Origin: the human T2T-CHM13v2.0 reference genome, Homo sapiens | Reading direction: 5' to 3' (one strand) | Length of the DNA stretch: 64,000 bases | NCBI RefSeq assembly: GCF_009914755.1 | Contig: NC_060925.1 | Shown: positions 47,861 to 61,232 of the stretch, piece by piece | Numbering within the stretch: the first letter of the stretch is position 1 | Layout of the letters: each line of letters opens with the position of its first letter | Made by a program: the position numbers and the translations under genes | The notes under the pieces: model-generated | Database searches by the model: none | What the model saw: only the letters and a program-made list of their open reading frames with translations | Told to the model about the DNA's origin: nothing

Positions 47861-48102
47861 GGCCGGGCACGGTGGCTTGCGTCTGTAATCGCAGCACTTT
47901 GGGAGGCTGAGGCAGGCAGATCACCTGAGGTCAGGAGTTCGAGACCAGCCTGACCAATACAGTGAAACCCCAACTCTGCTAAAAATACAAAAACTAGCCG
48001 GGCATGGTGGCATGTGCCTGTAATATCCCAGCTACTCGGGAGGCTGAGGCAGGAGGATTGCCTGAATCCATGAAGCTGACTTTGTCTCAAAAAAAAAAAA
48101 AA
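47861..48102 (+). mobile_element. AluS with ~60-bp right-arm deletion
   Basis: Intact left arm; right arm jumps from gcctgaatcc to gactttgtctc; degenerate TSD (aaaatgtcttacccctgc / aaaagttttactcctgc). Confidence 0.92.
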
Positions 48103-48757
48103 AGTTTTACTCCTGCTTAATTTATTTCATATCTTTCAGTTATGTGTTGTCATGTTATGAAAATGCACAGACAAATGTAAACTGATTTATAGAGTACAGG
48201 TTTAAATAAAGGAAAGAACAACTAAAATTACCCAGAAAAGTAAAGTCTAGAATGATAAAAATAATGCAACTCAAATGTTCTCCACTCATTTAATTCAAGC
48301 TTTATGTCTTAAATATTTTTATGTGACAAAATAATGTACTCATGTACACTAATAGTCAAGTTTTATTGTTGGTTTGTTGATTGTAAAAAAAAAAAAAAGG
48401 GACACAAACTTCCAATCTCTTCAACTTTCTAAAATTGTTCAGGACAATTAAGCCATAGAAAACCCAGAAACAAAGCTAGAATGTTGAATACTAAATTTGT
48501 GTATCTAAATTAACAATTTTGCGCATAGTAATTTGCAAATAAGCTTATTTCTTTTTGACTGAAAACTTGATGGTTGAAAATTTGTCTACTTATCCTTGCA
48601 GAAAACCAAACAACAGACCTTCTCTCTAAATCATGTACATGATGTGTTCTGTTTTTTTAAGATCCGTGTATCTGTGACACACCCCAACTCTTCATATTAA
48701 ATTTAAATAGAGGAAATAAATGTATAGAGTGCTAAACATTTGCTGTTTTGTACCTAT

Positions 48758-48845
48758 ACATATTGTGTAGCATATACACATGCATACATATGAACATACA
48801 TATGTCATATATATATATATGTATATATATATATACACACACACA
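48758..48845. repeat. (TA)n/(CA)n microsatellite
   Basis: Direct read. Confidence 0.85.
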
Positions 48846-49008
48846 GATTCCCATAATATTTAGACAACCGAAAATGCAATAAATCCTAAAATATTGGATA
48901 GTATACAGATAGTGAGGGCAGGATGATGGCCTGGGATTGAATGCCATACAGCAAGGTGCAACTATATTTAAACATATATTTTAAAGAATAATTTCACTAC
49001 AGAGATTA

Positions 49009-49090
49009 TTAAGTTGGTGCAAAAGTAATTGCAGTCAAGTAATTAATTCAAGTAATGGCACAACTCTCAATTACTTTTGCACCAACCTAA
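49009..49090. mobile_element. MADE1 (Hsmar1-derived mariner MITE)
   Basis: ttaagttggtgcaaaagtaattg ... caattacttttgcaccaacctaa, flanked by TA on both sides. Confidence 0.93.
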
Positions 49091-49131
49091 TATTTCCTAC
49101 TCAAGTAAAAGCACAGCATAAGATTAATTTT

Positions 49132-49301
49132 GGCTGGGCATGGTGGAGCATGCTTACAATCCCAGAGCTTTGGGAGGCCATGTCAGGATGATCACTTGAG
49201 GTTAGGAGTTCAAAACTAGTCCAGTTGAAGACTAGATTAGTTAGAGACTGTGTAGCTGGGCAACATAGCAAGACCCATCCCTTCAAAAATAAACAAAATT
49301 A
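49132..49301 (+). mobile_element. FLAM / Alu left monomer with internal triplication
   Basis: ggctgggcatggtgg...gggcaacatagcaagacc, A-rich tail; TSD aagattaatttt at 49120-49131 and 49302-49313. Confidence 0.9.
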
Positions 49302-49961
49302 AAGATTAATTTTGAAATTATTCGATTTTTTCTGAATATCAACATGAACATCATATATAGAACCATAAATTACAGAAATATACATAATATAACTACAATT
49401 GATTAAATATAAAAAACAATACATTTTAAACTGCTTCCAGCCTAAAATGAGATTGAAACACCCTTCTCTGTAAATACTTCATTATGTAAGCACAACTTTT
49501 CTATTCAATAGTTTTAATTCTAAAGTATTTTACTAAAACTTATATCCTATCCTAAATTTTTTATGCATTTTACATTTTATTTTTTCATATGAAGTCCAAT
49601 TCAACCTAGTGCTTCCAAAATGTATATGGATAATCCAAAACCAAAGAATTTTAAAGGTACTCTATAAGAAAAATAACAAAATGTCAAATTATAATGGTGG
49701 TGGTAGTGGTTTGATAATGGTGCAGGAAATGACATATTGTGGTATTGCCTTAGGATAGTAATAAGATAAAGCCAGGTGGATCAGAATAAAGCATGGACAG
49801 GAAGAGCACAGATTTTAGAATCAGATATACTTCAACAGGATACAGTATCACTCAGCTGGAGGTACATGAACTAGTGAAAAATAACTCTTCTTGAGAAAAT
49901 TAAAAATTACTTTACATCTTGGTATCTCATTTTTGCCCTACGTAATGTGAGAAAAATAATA

Positions 49962-50314
49962 TGCTATGGAATAAATGTTTACATTCCTCCCCAAAGCTAT
50001 ATGGTGAAGCCCTGATCCCCAGTGTGACGCCATTTGAAGGTGTGACGTTTGGGAGGTAATGAGGTCATGCCGGTGGAGTTCTCCTAAATGGGAATAGTGC
50101 TTGTAAAGAAGAAACAGGAGCCATGTGAGAATACAGCAAGAAGGCTGCTGTCTACAGACCAGGAAGTCAGCAAGTGGGATCTCATCAGAAACTGAATCTG
50201 CTGACACCTTGATCTTGTACTTCTCAGCCTCCAGAACTGTGAGAAATAAGTGTTTGTTGTTGAAGTCACCCAGATAATGGTATTTATTTTATAGCGGCCT
50301 TAGCTGATTAGGAA
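49962..50314 (+). mobile_element. MLT1A/MLT1A0 solo LTR
   Basis: tgctatggaataaatgttt...accttgatcttgtacttctcagcctccagaactgtgagaaataag. Confidence 0.88.
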
Positions 50315-50444
50315 AATGGCAGCTATACCTTGAAGGTATTTGAGAATTAAACGAAGTAAAGCTATTAGAACACCACATTACATTTACCACATTTTCTACA
50401 TTACATTGGTCTATATTATATTGGTCAATTATTCTATGATATGT

Positions 50445-50665
50445 TGGCCAATCCTAGACTGCAGCTGGTCAACAACCAAATATGTGACAGAGGCCCTGCT
50501 AGGCCATCCAGGATGCATGGTCCTGCAAGGAAACAACGGTCACAAAAGCACAGCCAAGATCAGTTCAGCTGGGCTAGATTAGCATAATTACTGCCAACCT
50601 ATACGTTTATGAGTAATAATATATTCTAGTTTTTAAATCACTAAATTGTGGTGGCTTAAATAGTT
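50445..50665 (+). mobile_element. Old MLT1 (H/J-like) LTR 3' fragment
   Basis: agccaagatcagttcagctgggctagattagc...tttttaaatcactaaattgtgg. Confidence 0.5.
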
Positions 50666-50836
50666 TTGCTCCACATTTTTGTATTTCTCTTAAGTTTGTA
50701 ATCTTCCCTTGACACATATAAGCCATGAGATCTTTTCCGTCTTAATGTTAGGCAGACCTAAATTCAAAATTCCATGCCTTCTTTCCCTAGTCCCTACCAT
50801 TTTTTCCCTTGTGTTTAAAAGGTATAGTCCCTGCCA

Positions 50837-51210
<374 letters not shown>

Positions 51211-51479
51211 TTATTCCTTTCTGAGTTTCACAAAGAGATTTTCTCCTTTTAGCTTGATGTCTAAATATTTACAGAGTGCTAGCTATTATTTCCTATCTTT
51301 ATTCAGAAGAGATATCAATAAGTTCCAACTCCAAGTATGGTCCACACTCTAATCATTAACCTTTTGCTTTACTCGATTGCATCATTGTTACATTTTAAAC
51401 GGTTTTATAATTAATAAAATTATCAGGATCAGATCTATGTAAATAAAATAAGAACAAACATCAGTTCAAAAAATCAAAC

Positions 51480-52100
51480 ATTATACAGAGTGGTAGAATG
51501 TGTTAAAACAGGAATTCTCATTCTGTGCACACAATAATGCTATTACCGTTTTTCAAAAAGATTTTTCAGTAATTTACAACATTGAAATTACTAATTCCAT
51601 AAGACTCAGGGATTACATTTATATTCCATGTATATCCTGGAGATCTTCCCATATGTATACATAAAAATGTTTGTACAAAATTGCATCATTTTTGAAATAT
51701 AAACACTAAACAAATTAAATATACATGTCTAACCAAAGGAGAATGAATACATTGTGCATAGTCTTACAATGAAATACTATAAAATCTTTCAAATTAACAT
51801 ATTAGAAATATTTCAAATATAAAGACAAAGTTTACTTCAACTGTAAACTTGAAGAAAAATTGACATGGCTAGTATAATGCAATATGTATCCAATTTAAAA
51901 CTGGCCAGAAATACAGGAAATTTTATTTATAGAGAAATTATCAAAATAGACATAAGAATAATGTCACTATTCAGCATATAAACAACGGACAGATAAATGG
52001 AGTTGGAACAGTCTGCAATTTTATCAGGTATATTTATTTATCTATATTTATTAAAAAGCTAGAGCAAACATCATAAAATATTAAAATCCCCTGTTTGTGT
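51480..52100 (+). mobile_element. Ancient L1ME 3' fragments
   Basis: aaacaggaattctcattctg; ggagaatgaatacattgtgcatagtcttacaatgaaatactat. Confidence 0.55.
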
Positions 52101-52659
52101 GTATAGCACTGAAGTGCTTGTGAAATATTTCCCATTTTTCATAAAATTGTTTTCAAAAATGACTCATGAGATTGAGTATCTGTTTGCTTATTTAATGGCT
52201 ATAAGGATTTCCTCTTATGGATATTGTTTTCTTATATCTTTGAAATTGTTTTGTCTTTGTACTGTTTTGGTCGCACCGTGTGAAAACATTACATTATTTA
52301 TGCTTGCCGTGTGTATATTTAAATATATTATCTCATTTTTTTCTAGCTCTTTTCTCTTATTATTTCACATAAAGGGTATTGCTAGTGGTTGAATTTACAA
52401 TTGGGTCATTGAATGACAGAATATACTAGGGATTTTGATTAAAGTTGAAGGAGAATTATCAACCCCCAAAGAAGCTTTGGAACTTTGTATTTTCCTTCTC
52501 TGGAAATCGAGTATTGACATTTTTATTTGAAGGATAGTTGCTTATTCTGCTCAACAATGATGTTATTTTATATTGAAGTTTAAATATAATAGTACCATAA
52601 TAGTGTATATGAATAATGATAAGCTGTAGAGTTGGACTCTGCTGATTACTTAACTGTTG

Positions 52660-53350
52660 TCACTGAGTTCTAAGCCCGTCTTTTCATAGTCTGTTATAAT
52701 ACTTCTGCAGATTTTGTACACTGCATTCCCACAATCCCTGGCCAACTAGCATCTAGTTAAGTAAGTTCTGGCAATAAAACACACTGATGGGAGATTACAA
52801 GGTGTTATGATCAGAATATGTCCCTCCAAATTTCAAGTTGGAACAGAATACTCAATGTGATAGTATTAATTGGTGAGGCATTTTGGGAAGTGATTGTCAC
52901 AAGGGTTCTGTCTTCATGAATGGGATTAGTGTCCTTATAAAAGAGATTGAAAGGAACTACCTTGTCCTCTTTCACCATGTGAGGATGCAGCAATAAGGCA
53001 TCATCTTTAAAACAGAGAGCACCGACCAGACACCAAATCTGCTGGTGTCTGGATCTTGGTCTTCCCAGTCTCCAGAACTGTAAGAAATAAATTTCTATTG
53101 TTTATAAATTACCCAGTGTATGGTATTTACATATAGCAACCCAAACAGACTAAAATACAAGGCAGAGGAAGGAAGAAAGAACTCTCTTCCTGCTTTGAAC
53201 TCAGATTGGCTTCTTTCCAGTAGTATCAAACTGTTATAGCTCTGGTTTCCAGCTTTAAGGACACTCCCAGAATCAACTTTGTCATGCCTACTCAAAGTCA
53301 CCAACAGTGACCATACTGCACCTCCTCCATTGTTTGCATCTTGCTAGTCA
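52660..53350 (+). mobile_element. Old ERV-L LTR (LTR41/50/52-like) split by an MST LTR
   Basis: ctgcattcccacaatccctggccaactagc...gttctggcaat...actgatgggagattacaagg|cagaggaaggaagaa. Confidence 0.5.
52803..53157 (+). mobile_element. MSTC/MSTD-like solo LTR
   Basis: tgttatg...ccagaactgtaagaaataaatttctattgtttataaattacccag...; perfect 5-bp TSD caagg at 52798-52802 and 53158-53162. Confidence 0.88.
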
Positions 53351-53689
53351 AATTACAAACTGAATTTTACCTATGTCTTGGTTATGGACATGTACCAAGC
53401 TGCACACACTCAAGTAGTCAGAACAGGGTGTTTCGTGCCCTTCCACCATGGTTTGTGTACTAGTGACAAGGCTTTTGGCCCGGAATTCCAAACTCAGCTC
53501 CCAGATGCAAGGCAACACCTCTCAGAGGTCTAAACACAAACCCCATAATGATGACATTCCCACTCCAAGATTTTGGTACTTCATAACTTGCTGCTGTAAA
53601 GATGATCAGTTATCAGGGATTCTCAACTCTTCCTTAGGCTTACACATGTTTAATAATAAGAGACCTAATTTCAATAAGGAATAACCATA

Positions 53690-53905
53690 AATAGTTATGA
53701 GATAACATTTAATACTGGCCAAGTGGTGGGAATATTTCTAAATGTTTTACAAATATTGACTTAAATGTTATCCATTATAATATTTAAAGTGAGTAATGAA
53801 TATTCCCATTTCGCAGAAGCAGAAAAACTTGTTAGTGAAACATTTTATAAATGATGAAGTCAAATTTAGAATATTGTATGTTTGACTACAATGACCACAC
53901 TCTTC
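53690..53905 (-). mobile_element. MIR
   Basis: ctaaatgttttacaaatattgactt...tattcccatttcgcagaagcagaaaaact. Confidence 0.6.
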
Positions 53906-55759
53906 ACTCTGCACTTTCTCACACTCCCAGTCTTCTTTTGGAGTGTGTCTGAAATAACTCAATGTAGTATTTTCTCCTGGCACTAATAATCAAAATGACT
54001 GCAAGGCATTTTCAATTTATAATTAGGGAATTTCACTTAGAGCGGTGAGGTAACATGTACACAAATTCACTGAATGGGCACAAAACAATGTATTTAAATG
54101 CTATCATTATTTTTGTTCTTAAAAAGTAACTACATATACTCATATTACTGGGAAATATGTCATATGACAAAATACTTTACCTAAAATACCTAAATAATTC
54201 TACAAAAATTCTTGTTTAATTTTTAAATTTGTTTAAGGTTGAATTAAGACACATCCATGGAAAAAATTAAGGATGATGATGAGCATGGTTTCTTAGAGTT
54301 ATTCTAGTTTGTGAAGACCTAGTCAAGTAAAATCTACTAAGTAATACAATATGATTCCTATGTTTCTTAATATAGAAACATTAAGGATATCAGAAGAGCA
54401 GCATATAAGATGTAATATGAGACAGAGAGCCTTACAAATTTTAGTGGAGATATATATATATATACTATAAATTAATAGCATATTAAAAACAAACAGAAAA
54501 ACACAATAATAAAACAACATAATTTAACATTTCATCAATGTTACATAGTTGGTTAAACCCACTAGATCAAATAAAATATTTATAGTAAGTTGGTGAAGTT
54601 GAAAATTTTAAAAGTAAAAATCAGCTTTTGTACTAATTATTTAATGGCAGAGCCTATGGCTATATGTTACTTTTGTTCATTTCAATAACTTGTTTTTGAA
54701 TGCTAAATAACAGATACTATGTATCTCATAACTCAGAAAATTAATTCTAAAAGTTGATCCATCTCTTAAGTGTTTAGATTAATTACAAAGACATGCATAC
54801 AAACCTAAAATTTTAATAAATTGTGCCAAATACTAAGATGCAAAAAATGTTGACTGATGGATATGGAAGCTCAGAAGAAAATCATAGAATATTGGTATAT
54901 TTAGAGAGGTTTCTGGATGAAATGAATCTTCCAGAATATAAAATATTTTTGCTGTCTTGATTAAATAGCACAACTAAACGCATAGTAAGTTTGCTTCTAG
55001 GAAATTAGATTGAATCTGATATTTTGTGCAAATGATTTATCTGTAGTGGAGAAATTTAATAGTTAAACATTTCAAAAGCTAACCATAACTAGAAGGAAAA
55101 GATAATAATTTGGGGGAGTAAAGGCATGAATAAGAGGGCAGCAGGTTGTGTCCAATTTTGCCTCACAGGAGGAACTAAATGGACTTTTGAATGATGAATG
55201 AAAATATACATGAATAAATGAGATGCATCACCAATGCCTTTTGACAGTAACAGAAATACATTATCTGACTTGTAAGCCAATGAGTTTTGATGAAACATAT
55301 AGATCTTTGCTAGAATAAACTATTTTAATTTTGTCAATAAAGTGAAGTAATTGGATTTCTAGACTACTATCCAAGGTCAGAAATGGTATCATATCAGCTA
55401 AAAATTTTGTAGAAAATAATCAAAATACAAATAATTACTGTAGTCTATAAAAAGAGGAGAATTAGCCTAACTTTTTATCACTTGTTAAGAAAGATCATTT
55501 GCTAACTGCCACTTATTGGAACTCTCATCTTGGTCAAGTCCTCAGACACTTTCAACCCTCTTGTTCAATCTTGGTAAATCACAAATAAGGCTATCTCCCT
55601 CTCAAGATATAACAATTCCATAAATCTCTGTTAAATTGAAGGTAATAGTGTAGGACATCTAAAATAAAACATCTCACAGCTTGAATCTATACATAATCAC
55701 ATACATTCACAGACAAGAATAATTTTTTGATATCTTTGAATGTTGGAGGAGCCCATGAA

Positions 55760-56370
55760 CCAGTTATCTACTCAAGAGGACGCCCCAAACGTTTGCCTAA
55801 ATTGAAGGGCAATGTGACCAACTACCTTTCCATCATCTCCACTTAGATACTTATTAGGCATTGAAAACCTAAAAATTAGTCTCTTTCTTGACTCTGTGCC
55901 TACCAATGTATTTTTCACCTCTGAACAGGTGCCACAAATCATGGAGTTGCCCAGGTTGGACATAAGAATTATCTTTGAAGCCTTCTTGTATCTCACACCA
56001 TGCATCCTATCATCATCAATTCTTACAGATTTTATCTTCAAAATATATCCTCAGCCTAACAACTCCTACTTCCACCACTACCACCCTAGAAGACGTCACT
56101 ACCATTTTGCAAGCGTATTAGTCATATCAGTTCAATAGTTATCTTACTAGAATCCTACCCAATGTTTTCTCTCTAAAATCTTGTATCCACAAGGCAGAAA
56201 CTAATCATACAATAAAGCCTGGTTCACATCACTCTCCTAGAATTACAAACATTCTAATTTCATCATACATAAAAGAAAAACAAAGCTGATGGCCTTACTA
56301 TGACTGCCACAATTCTACATGTTATGCTTCCTACTATCTCTCTTCATTCTTGTCCTTTGTGACCCACTAT
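55760..56370 (+). mobile_element. L2a, part 1 (split by L1PA)
   Basis: ccatcatctccacttagatac...atctttgaagccttcttgtatctcacacc...tatcttcaaaatatatcc. Confidence 0.75.
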
Positions 56371-56374
56371 TTTC

Positions 56375-58161
56375 TTTTTTTAAATTAATTTATTATTATT
56401 TTTTAAATTGTACTTTAAGTTCTAGGATACATTTGCACAACGTGCAGGTTTGTTACATAGGTATACGTGTGCCATGTTGGTTTGCTGCACCCATTAACTT
56501 GTCATCTACATTAGGTATTTCTCCTAATGCTATCCCTCCCCTAGACCCCCACCCCGCAACAGGCCCCAGTGGGTGATGTTCCCCGCCCTGTGTCCAAGTG
56601 TTCTCATTGTTCAATTCCCACCTGTGATTGAGAACATGTGGTGTTTGGTTTTCTGTCCTTGTGATAGTTTGCTGAGAATTATGGTTTTCAGCTTCATCCA
56701 CGTCCCTATAAAGGACATGAACTCATCCTTTTTTATGGCTTCATAGTATTCCATGGAGTATATGTGCCACATTTTCTTAATTCAGTCTATCATTGTTGGA
56801 CATTTGGCTTGGTTCCAAGTCTTTGCTACTGTGAATAGTGCCACAATAAACATACATGTGCATATGTCTTTATAGTAGCATGATTTATAATCCTTTGGAT
56901 ATATACCCAGTAAGGGGATTGCTGGGTCAAATGGTATTTCTAGTTTTAGATCCCTGAGGAATGGCCACACTGTCTTCCACAATGGTTTAACTAGTTTACA
57001 GTCCCACCAACAGCGTAAAAGTTTTCCTATTTCTCCACATCCTCTCCAGCACCTGTTGTTTCCTGACTTTTTAATGATTGCCATTCTAACTGGCATGAGA
57101 TGGTATCTCATTGTGGTTTGATTTGCATTTCTCTGATGGCCAGTGATGATGAGCATTTTTTCATGTGTCTGTTGCCTGCATAAATGTCTTCTTTTGAGTA
57201 GTGTCTGTTCATATCCTTTGCCCATTTTTGATGGGTTTTTTTTCTTGTAAATTTGTTTAAGTTCTTTGTAGATTCTGAAAAATAACCCCTTGTGAGATGG
57301 GTAGATTGCAAAAATTTTCTCCCATTCTGTAGGTTGCCTGTTCACTCTGATGGTAGTTTCTTTTGCTGTGCAGAAGCTCTTTAGTAATTACATCCCATTT
57401 GTCAATTTTGGCTTTTGTTGCCATTACTTTTGGTGTTTTAGTCATGAAGTTCTTGCTCATGCCTATGTCTTGAATGGTATTGTCTCGGTTTTCTTCTAGG
57501 GTTTCTATGGTTTTAGGTCTAACATTTAAATCTTTAATCCATCTTGAGTTAATTTTTGTATAAGGTGTAAGGAAGGGATCCAGTTTCAGCTTTCTACATA
57601 TGGTTAGCCAGTTTTCCCAGCACCATTTATTAAATAAGGAATCCTTTCCTCATTTCTTGTTTTGTCAGGTTTGTCAAAGATCAGATGGTTTTAGATGTGC
57701 GGTGTTATTTCTGAGGCCTCTGTTCTGTTTCATTGGTCTATATATCTGTTTTGTACCAGTTCCATGCTGTTTTGGTTACTATAGCCTTGTAGTATAGTTT
57801 GAAGTCAGATAGCTTTGCTCTTCAAACTATAGCTCTTCAAGCTTAGGATTGTCTTGACTATGCAGGTTCTTTTTTGGTTCCATATCAACTTTAAAGTGTT
57901 TTTTTTTTTTTTTTTTTTCTAGTTCTGTGAAGAAAGTCATTCATAGCTTGATGGAGTTGGCATTGAATCTATAAATTACCTTGGGCAGTATGGCCATTTT
58001 CACAATATTGATTCTTCCTATCCATGAGCATGGAACGTTCCTCCATTTATTTGTGTCCTCTTTTATTTTGATGAGCAGTGGTTTGTAGTTCTCCTTGAAG
58101 AAGTCCTTCACATCCCTTGTAAGTTGGATTCCTAGGTATTTTATTCTCTTTGTAGCAATTG
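56375..58161 (-). mobile_element. 5'-truncated L1PA6/7-like element (~1.8 kb)
   Basis: 3' UTR and ORF2 C-terminus (ORF 56782-57345: ...[33 protein letters not shown]); TSD cactatttt(t)c at 56365 and 58167. Confidence 0.95.
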
Positions 58162-58166
58162 ACTAA

Positions 58167-58592
58167 CACTATTTTTCTTGGTTCCTCTTCAAATAACACA
58201 TGAATGTTTTTACTTCATAGCATTTTTATAGGATGTTCTATTTTATTAGAGAAATTTTACCTTAGTCATTATATGGGTTATTTTATTCTCTCTTCTGTCT
58301 CATGGAACTATTTTCTAACAACTTTAACTAAAATAAGAAAAAGAATCCCTCATCACTTTAACATTTTAATCTGTATTCTGTTTTTCCTCCTGATTTGTTT
58401 TTCCATAGATTTTGTCACTTTCTCATATTCTGTATAATTTACTTATTCATGTTTTTATTTGATTTTACTTCCCCTTAATAGAATGTAAGCTCAATGAAGG
58501 CAGAGATATTTGCCTGTTTTGACACTGTATTCCCAGTAGCTAGAATACTATTAGGCACATAATAGATGCCTAATAAATATTGTTGAAGAAAT
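58167..58592 (+). mobile_element. L2a, part 2 including the 3' end
   Basis: tagaatgtaagctcaatgaaggcagagat...cactgtattcccagtagctagaata...aataaatattgttgaa. Confidence 0.85.
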
Positions 58593-59539
58593 TGCTAAAG
58601 CACCAGTAAATAATAAATAGGATCTAATGTAATTTTAATATCCCCCAATTTTTTTAAAAAGAATCTCTATATTGAATGGGTACACAAAAATATAAACAAA
58701 AGATAGTAGAACAAGACAATCTGTCCTTAAAATATGAAAACTATACTTTAATTCAGGATATATTTTTCCATGAGCTTTCTTTGATGGTACCATTGGAAAT
58801 TAACTTTGGCCAACCAGCTGATGTTTGGGGAACTACAGCAAAAAGACATAGCGCAAGACTGTAGGTTTATTTCAAATTGAAGATGCAAGAAGGCATTTGT
58901 GTAAATCAACTTATTTTGGACATAGCAAGATCAGGACAATTAATATTGACAAGGACCTCTGATACTTGCCACAGGATCAATAACAACTTGTGATTAAATT
59001 TTTCTTAAAGTGCATTCATGATTTTCTATGAAATTGTGTTGACTAGTTATATAAGAAATTTAGAAGATATGTTACTCTAAAAAGAAACCAAGTTAGTACT
59101 ATATTAGTACTGATTTGGTAAATATTTTTAGAATTTAAGAGATGTTACATAGCTATATTATAACTACGGCTTGCCAAAATAAACAACAAAGTTAAGTAAA
59201 GTGCTTTATAATCTATGAATGAGAATGATTATAAAACATCAATATAAACACAATATCACCTAAAAATCAGGATTTTTTTGGGGGAGAAATACCTAATAAA
59301 TACAGATATCTGAAAGTATTTGGGGCTGCTCTATCAAAAGAAAGAGGCAAAAAATATAAGGGAAAATAGATTCTTCACTCCCAAGCTAGATTTAAGACCA
59401 CTGGTGGGTGCCATGAAGCATTTCAAATTAGTAATAGAAAATAAATAATGAACTAGAAATAGTGCTAAATATATAATTAATCTCTACCATGGAATTTCAA
59501 ATAGTTTTATTTGATCTTCAAAAATCCTGCTTTTTTGGC

Positions 59540-59640
59540 AAGACAGTTAAACTTATTTCAGAGAAGTCAGTTGATTCCTCAAGCATATAAATCTAGAAAA
59601 TGTTGGAGATAATACTCAAATTCATTTCCTCTTACTGCTA
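59540..59640 (-). mobile_element. Possible MIR core fragment
   Basis: aaacttatttcagagaagtcagttgattcctcaagcatata. Confidence 0.4.
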
Positions 59641-59807
59641 ATTAATGCTTTTTTTTTCTAATGAATGTCCAATTACTTTTAGTATAGTTGTGCTGCCTAC
59701 TGCTGGAAATATTCAAAAAACACTTTATTTTAAGAAAAATATAGTTAGTGTTGCTGGATTATAATATAGATGGAACTAAATACAAATTAAGTTTTATGTG
59801 GATGTAC

Positions 59808-60101
59808 TTTTTTTTTTTTTTTAGACGGAGTCACGCTCTGTTGCCAGCCTGGAATGCAGTGGCCGTGATCTCAGCTCACGGCAAACCCTGCCTCCCGGGT
59901 TCAAGCGATTCTTCTTCCTCAGGCTCCCATGTAGCTGGGATTACAAGTGCACACAACCACGCCCAGCTAATTTTTGTATTTTTAGTAGAGACAGGGTTTC
60001 ACCATGTTGGCCAGGATGGTCTCGATCTCTTGACCTTATGATCCACCCGTCTCGGCCTCCCAAAGTGCTGGGATTACAGGTGTGAGCAATGGTGCCTGGC
60101 C
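59808..60101 (-). mobile_element. AluSc-like
   Basis: Full dimer, ttgccag and gatctcttgacc diagnostics; TSD ggatgta at 59800-59806 and 60102-60108. Confidence 0.92.
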
Positions 60102-60886
60102 GGATGTATCTTTAATTAATTGGATAATTTTAACTAATCATTCACCTAAATACAATGTTTTTTAAAAACATAATATTTGCAATACATGTACTTTAGATAT
60201 ATTATAAGACTAAATATTAAGTAAGATCCCTAAATCACATATAAAAAATATATTCTCAAATTATTGTTACTATCTCAGAGTTAAAATTTTATGTCAACTG
60301 TTATGAATAAATAAAAACAAAATGAGGACACTATTTCACTCAATTCAAATAAACCAGTTTTATTTTTAAAAGAAAAAAATAAAAATTGCACTATGTTTTG
60401 TTATTTAAGTTATTCTTTAATGTATTTATAAATTAATATGCCTATGCAAATATCTGCACAATCATTGCCTGGCCTACTCAATGTGGTTAATAAAGTTCAG
60501 TTTAATTGGACATCGTTTCCCTTTTGTTTAGGTCAACATTTTAAATAGACTTATTGCACATTTGAAAGAAACATAACGCCTAATCACCATTATTAATTAA
60601 TAAGGAATAGGTTTTCTTCAATTTACATGTATTTGAATAGACTATCTCAAAGCTTGGGGCTACATTTTTATTTTCACTTATATAATAAAATAGTTAATTG
60701 ATTTGCTCTGACTTAAGAAACTAACAAATGCTGTAAATGACTCAAATTGAAAGATCAAGACACTAACCTGCTATATGAAGGTTAATAATTAGCATAAATA
60801 CACCAGCATAACCATGCCTACTTTTTATACCCAGTATTTCCTCAGATTAGTTGCTGCCAGTACTGTTATGCCTTAAAAAGATTATA

Positions 60887-61232
60887 CGCAGCCATAAAAA
60901 AGAGTGAGTTCATGTCCTTTGCAGGGACATGGATGAAGCGGGAAACCATCATTCACAGCAAGCTAACACAGGAACAGGAAACCAAACACCGGATGTTCTA
61001 ACTCATAAGTGGGAGTTGAACAATGAGAACACATGGACATAGGGAGGGGAACATCACATACCAGGGCCTGTTAGGGGGTGGGAGGGTAGGGGAAGCATAG
61101 CATTAGAAGAAATACCTAATGTAGGTGACTGGTTGAGGTTGCAGCAAACCACCATGGCACGGGTATACCTATGTAACAAACCTGCACGTTCTGCACATGT
61201 ATCCCAGAACTTAAAGTATAATAAAAAAAAAA
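60887..61232 (+). mobile_element. 5'-truncated L1PA7/8-like 3' UTR
   Basis: Canonical 3' UTR and A tail; TSD aaaaag(a/t)ttata at 60875-60886 and 61228-61239. Confidence 0.93.

Noticed and set aside
56782-57345. Longest ORF (187 aa)
   Set aside because: Frameshifted L1 ORF2p C-terminus in a 5'-truncated element, not a gene.
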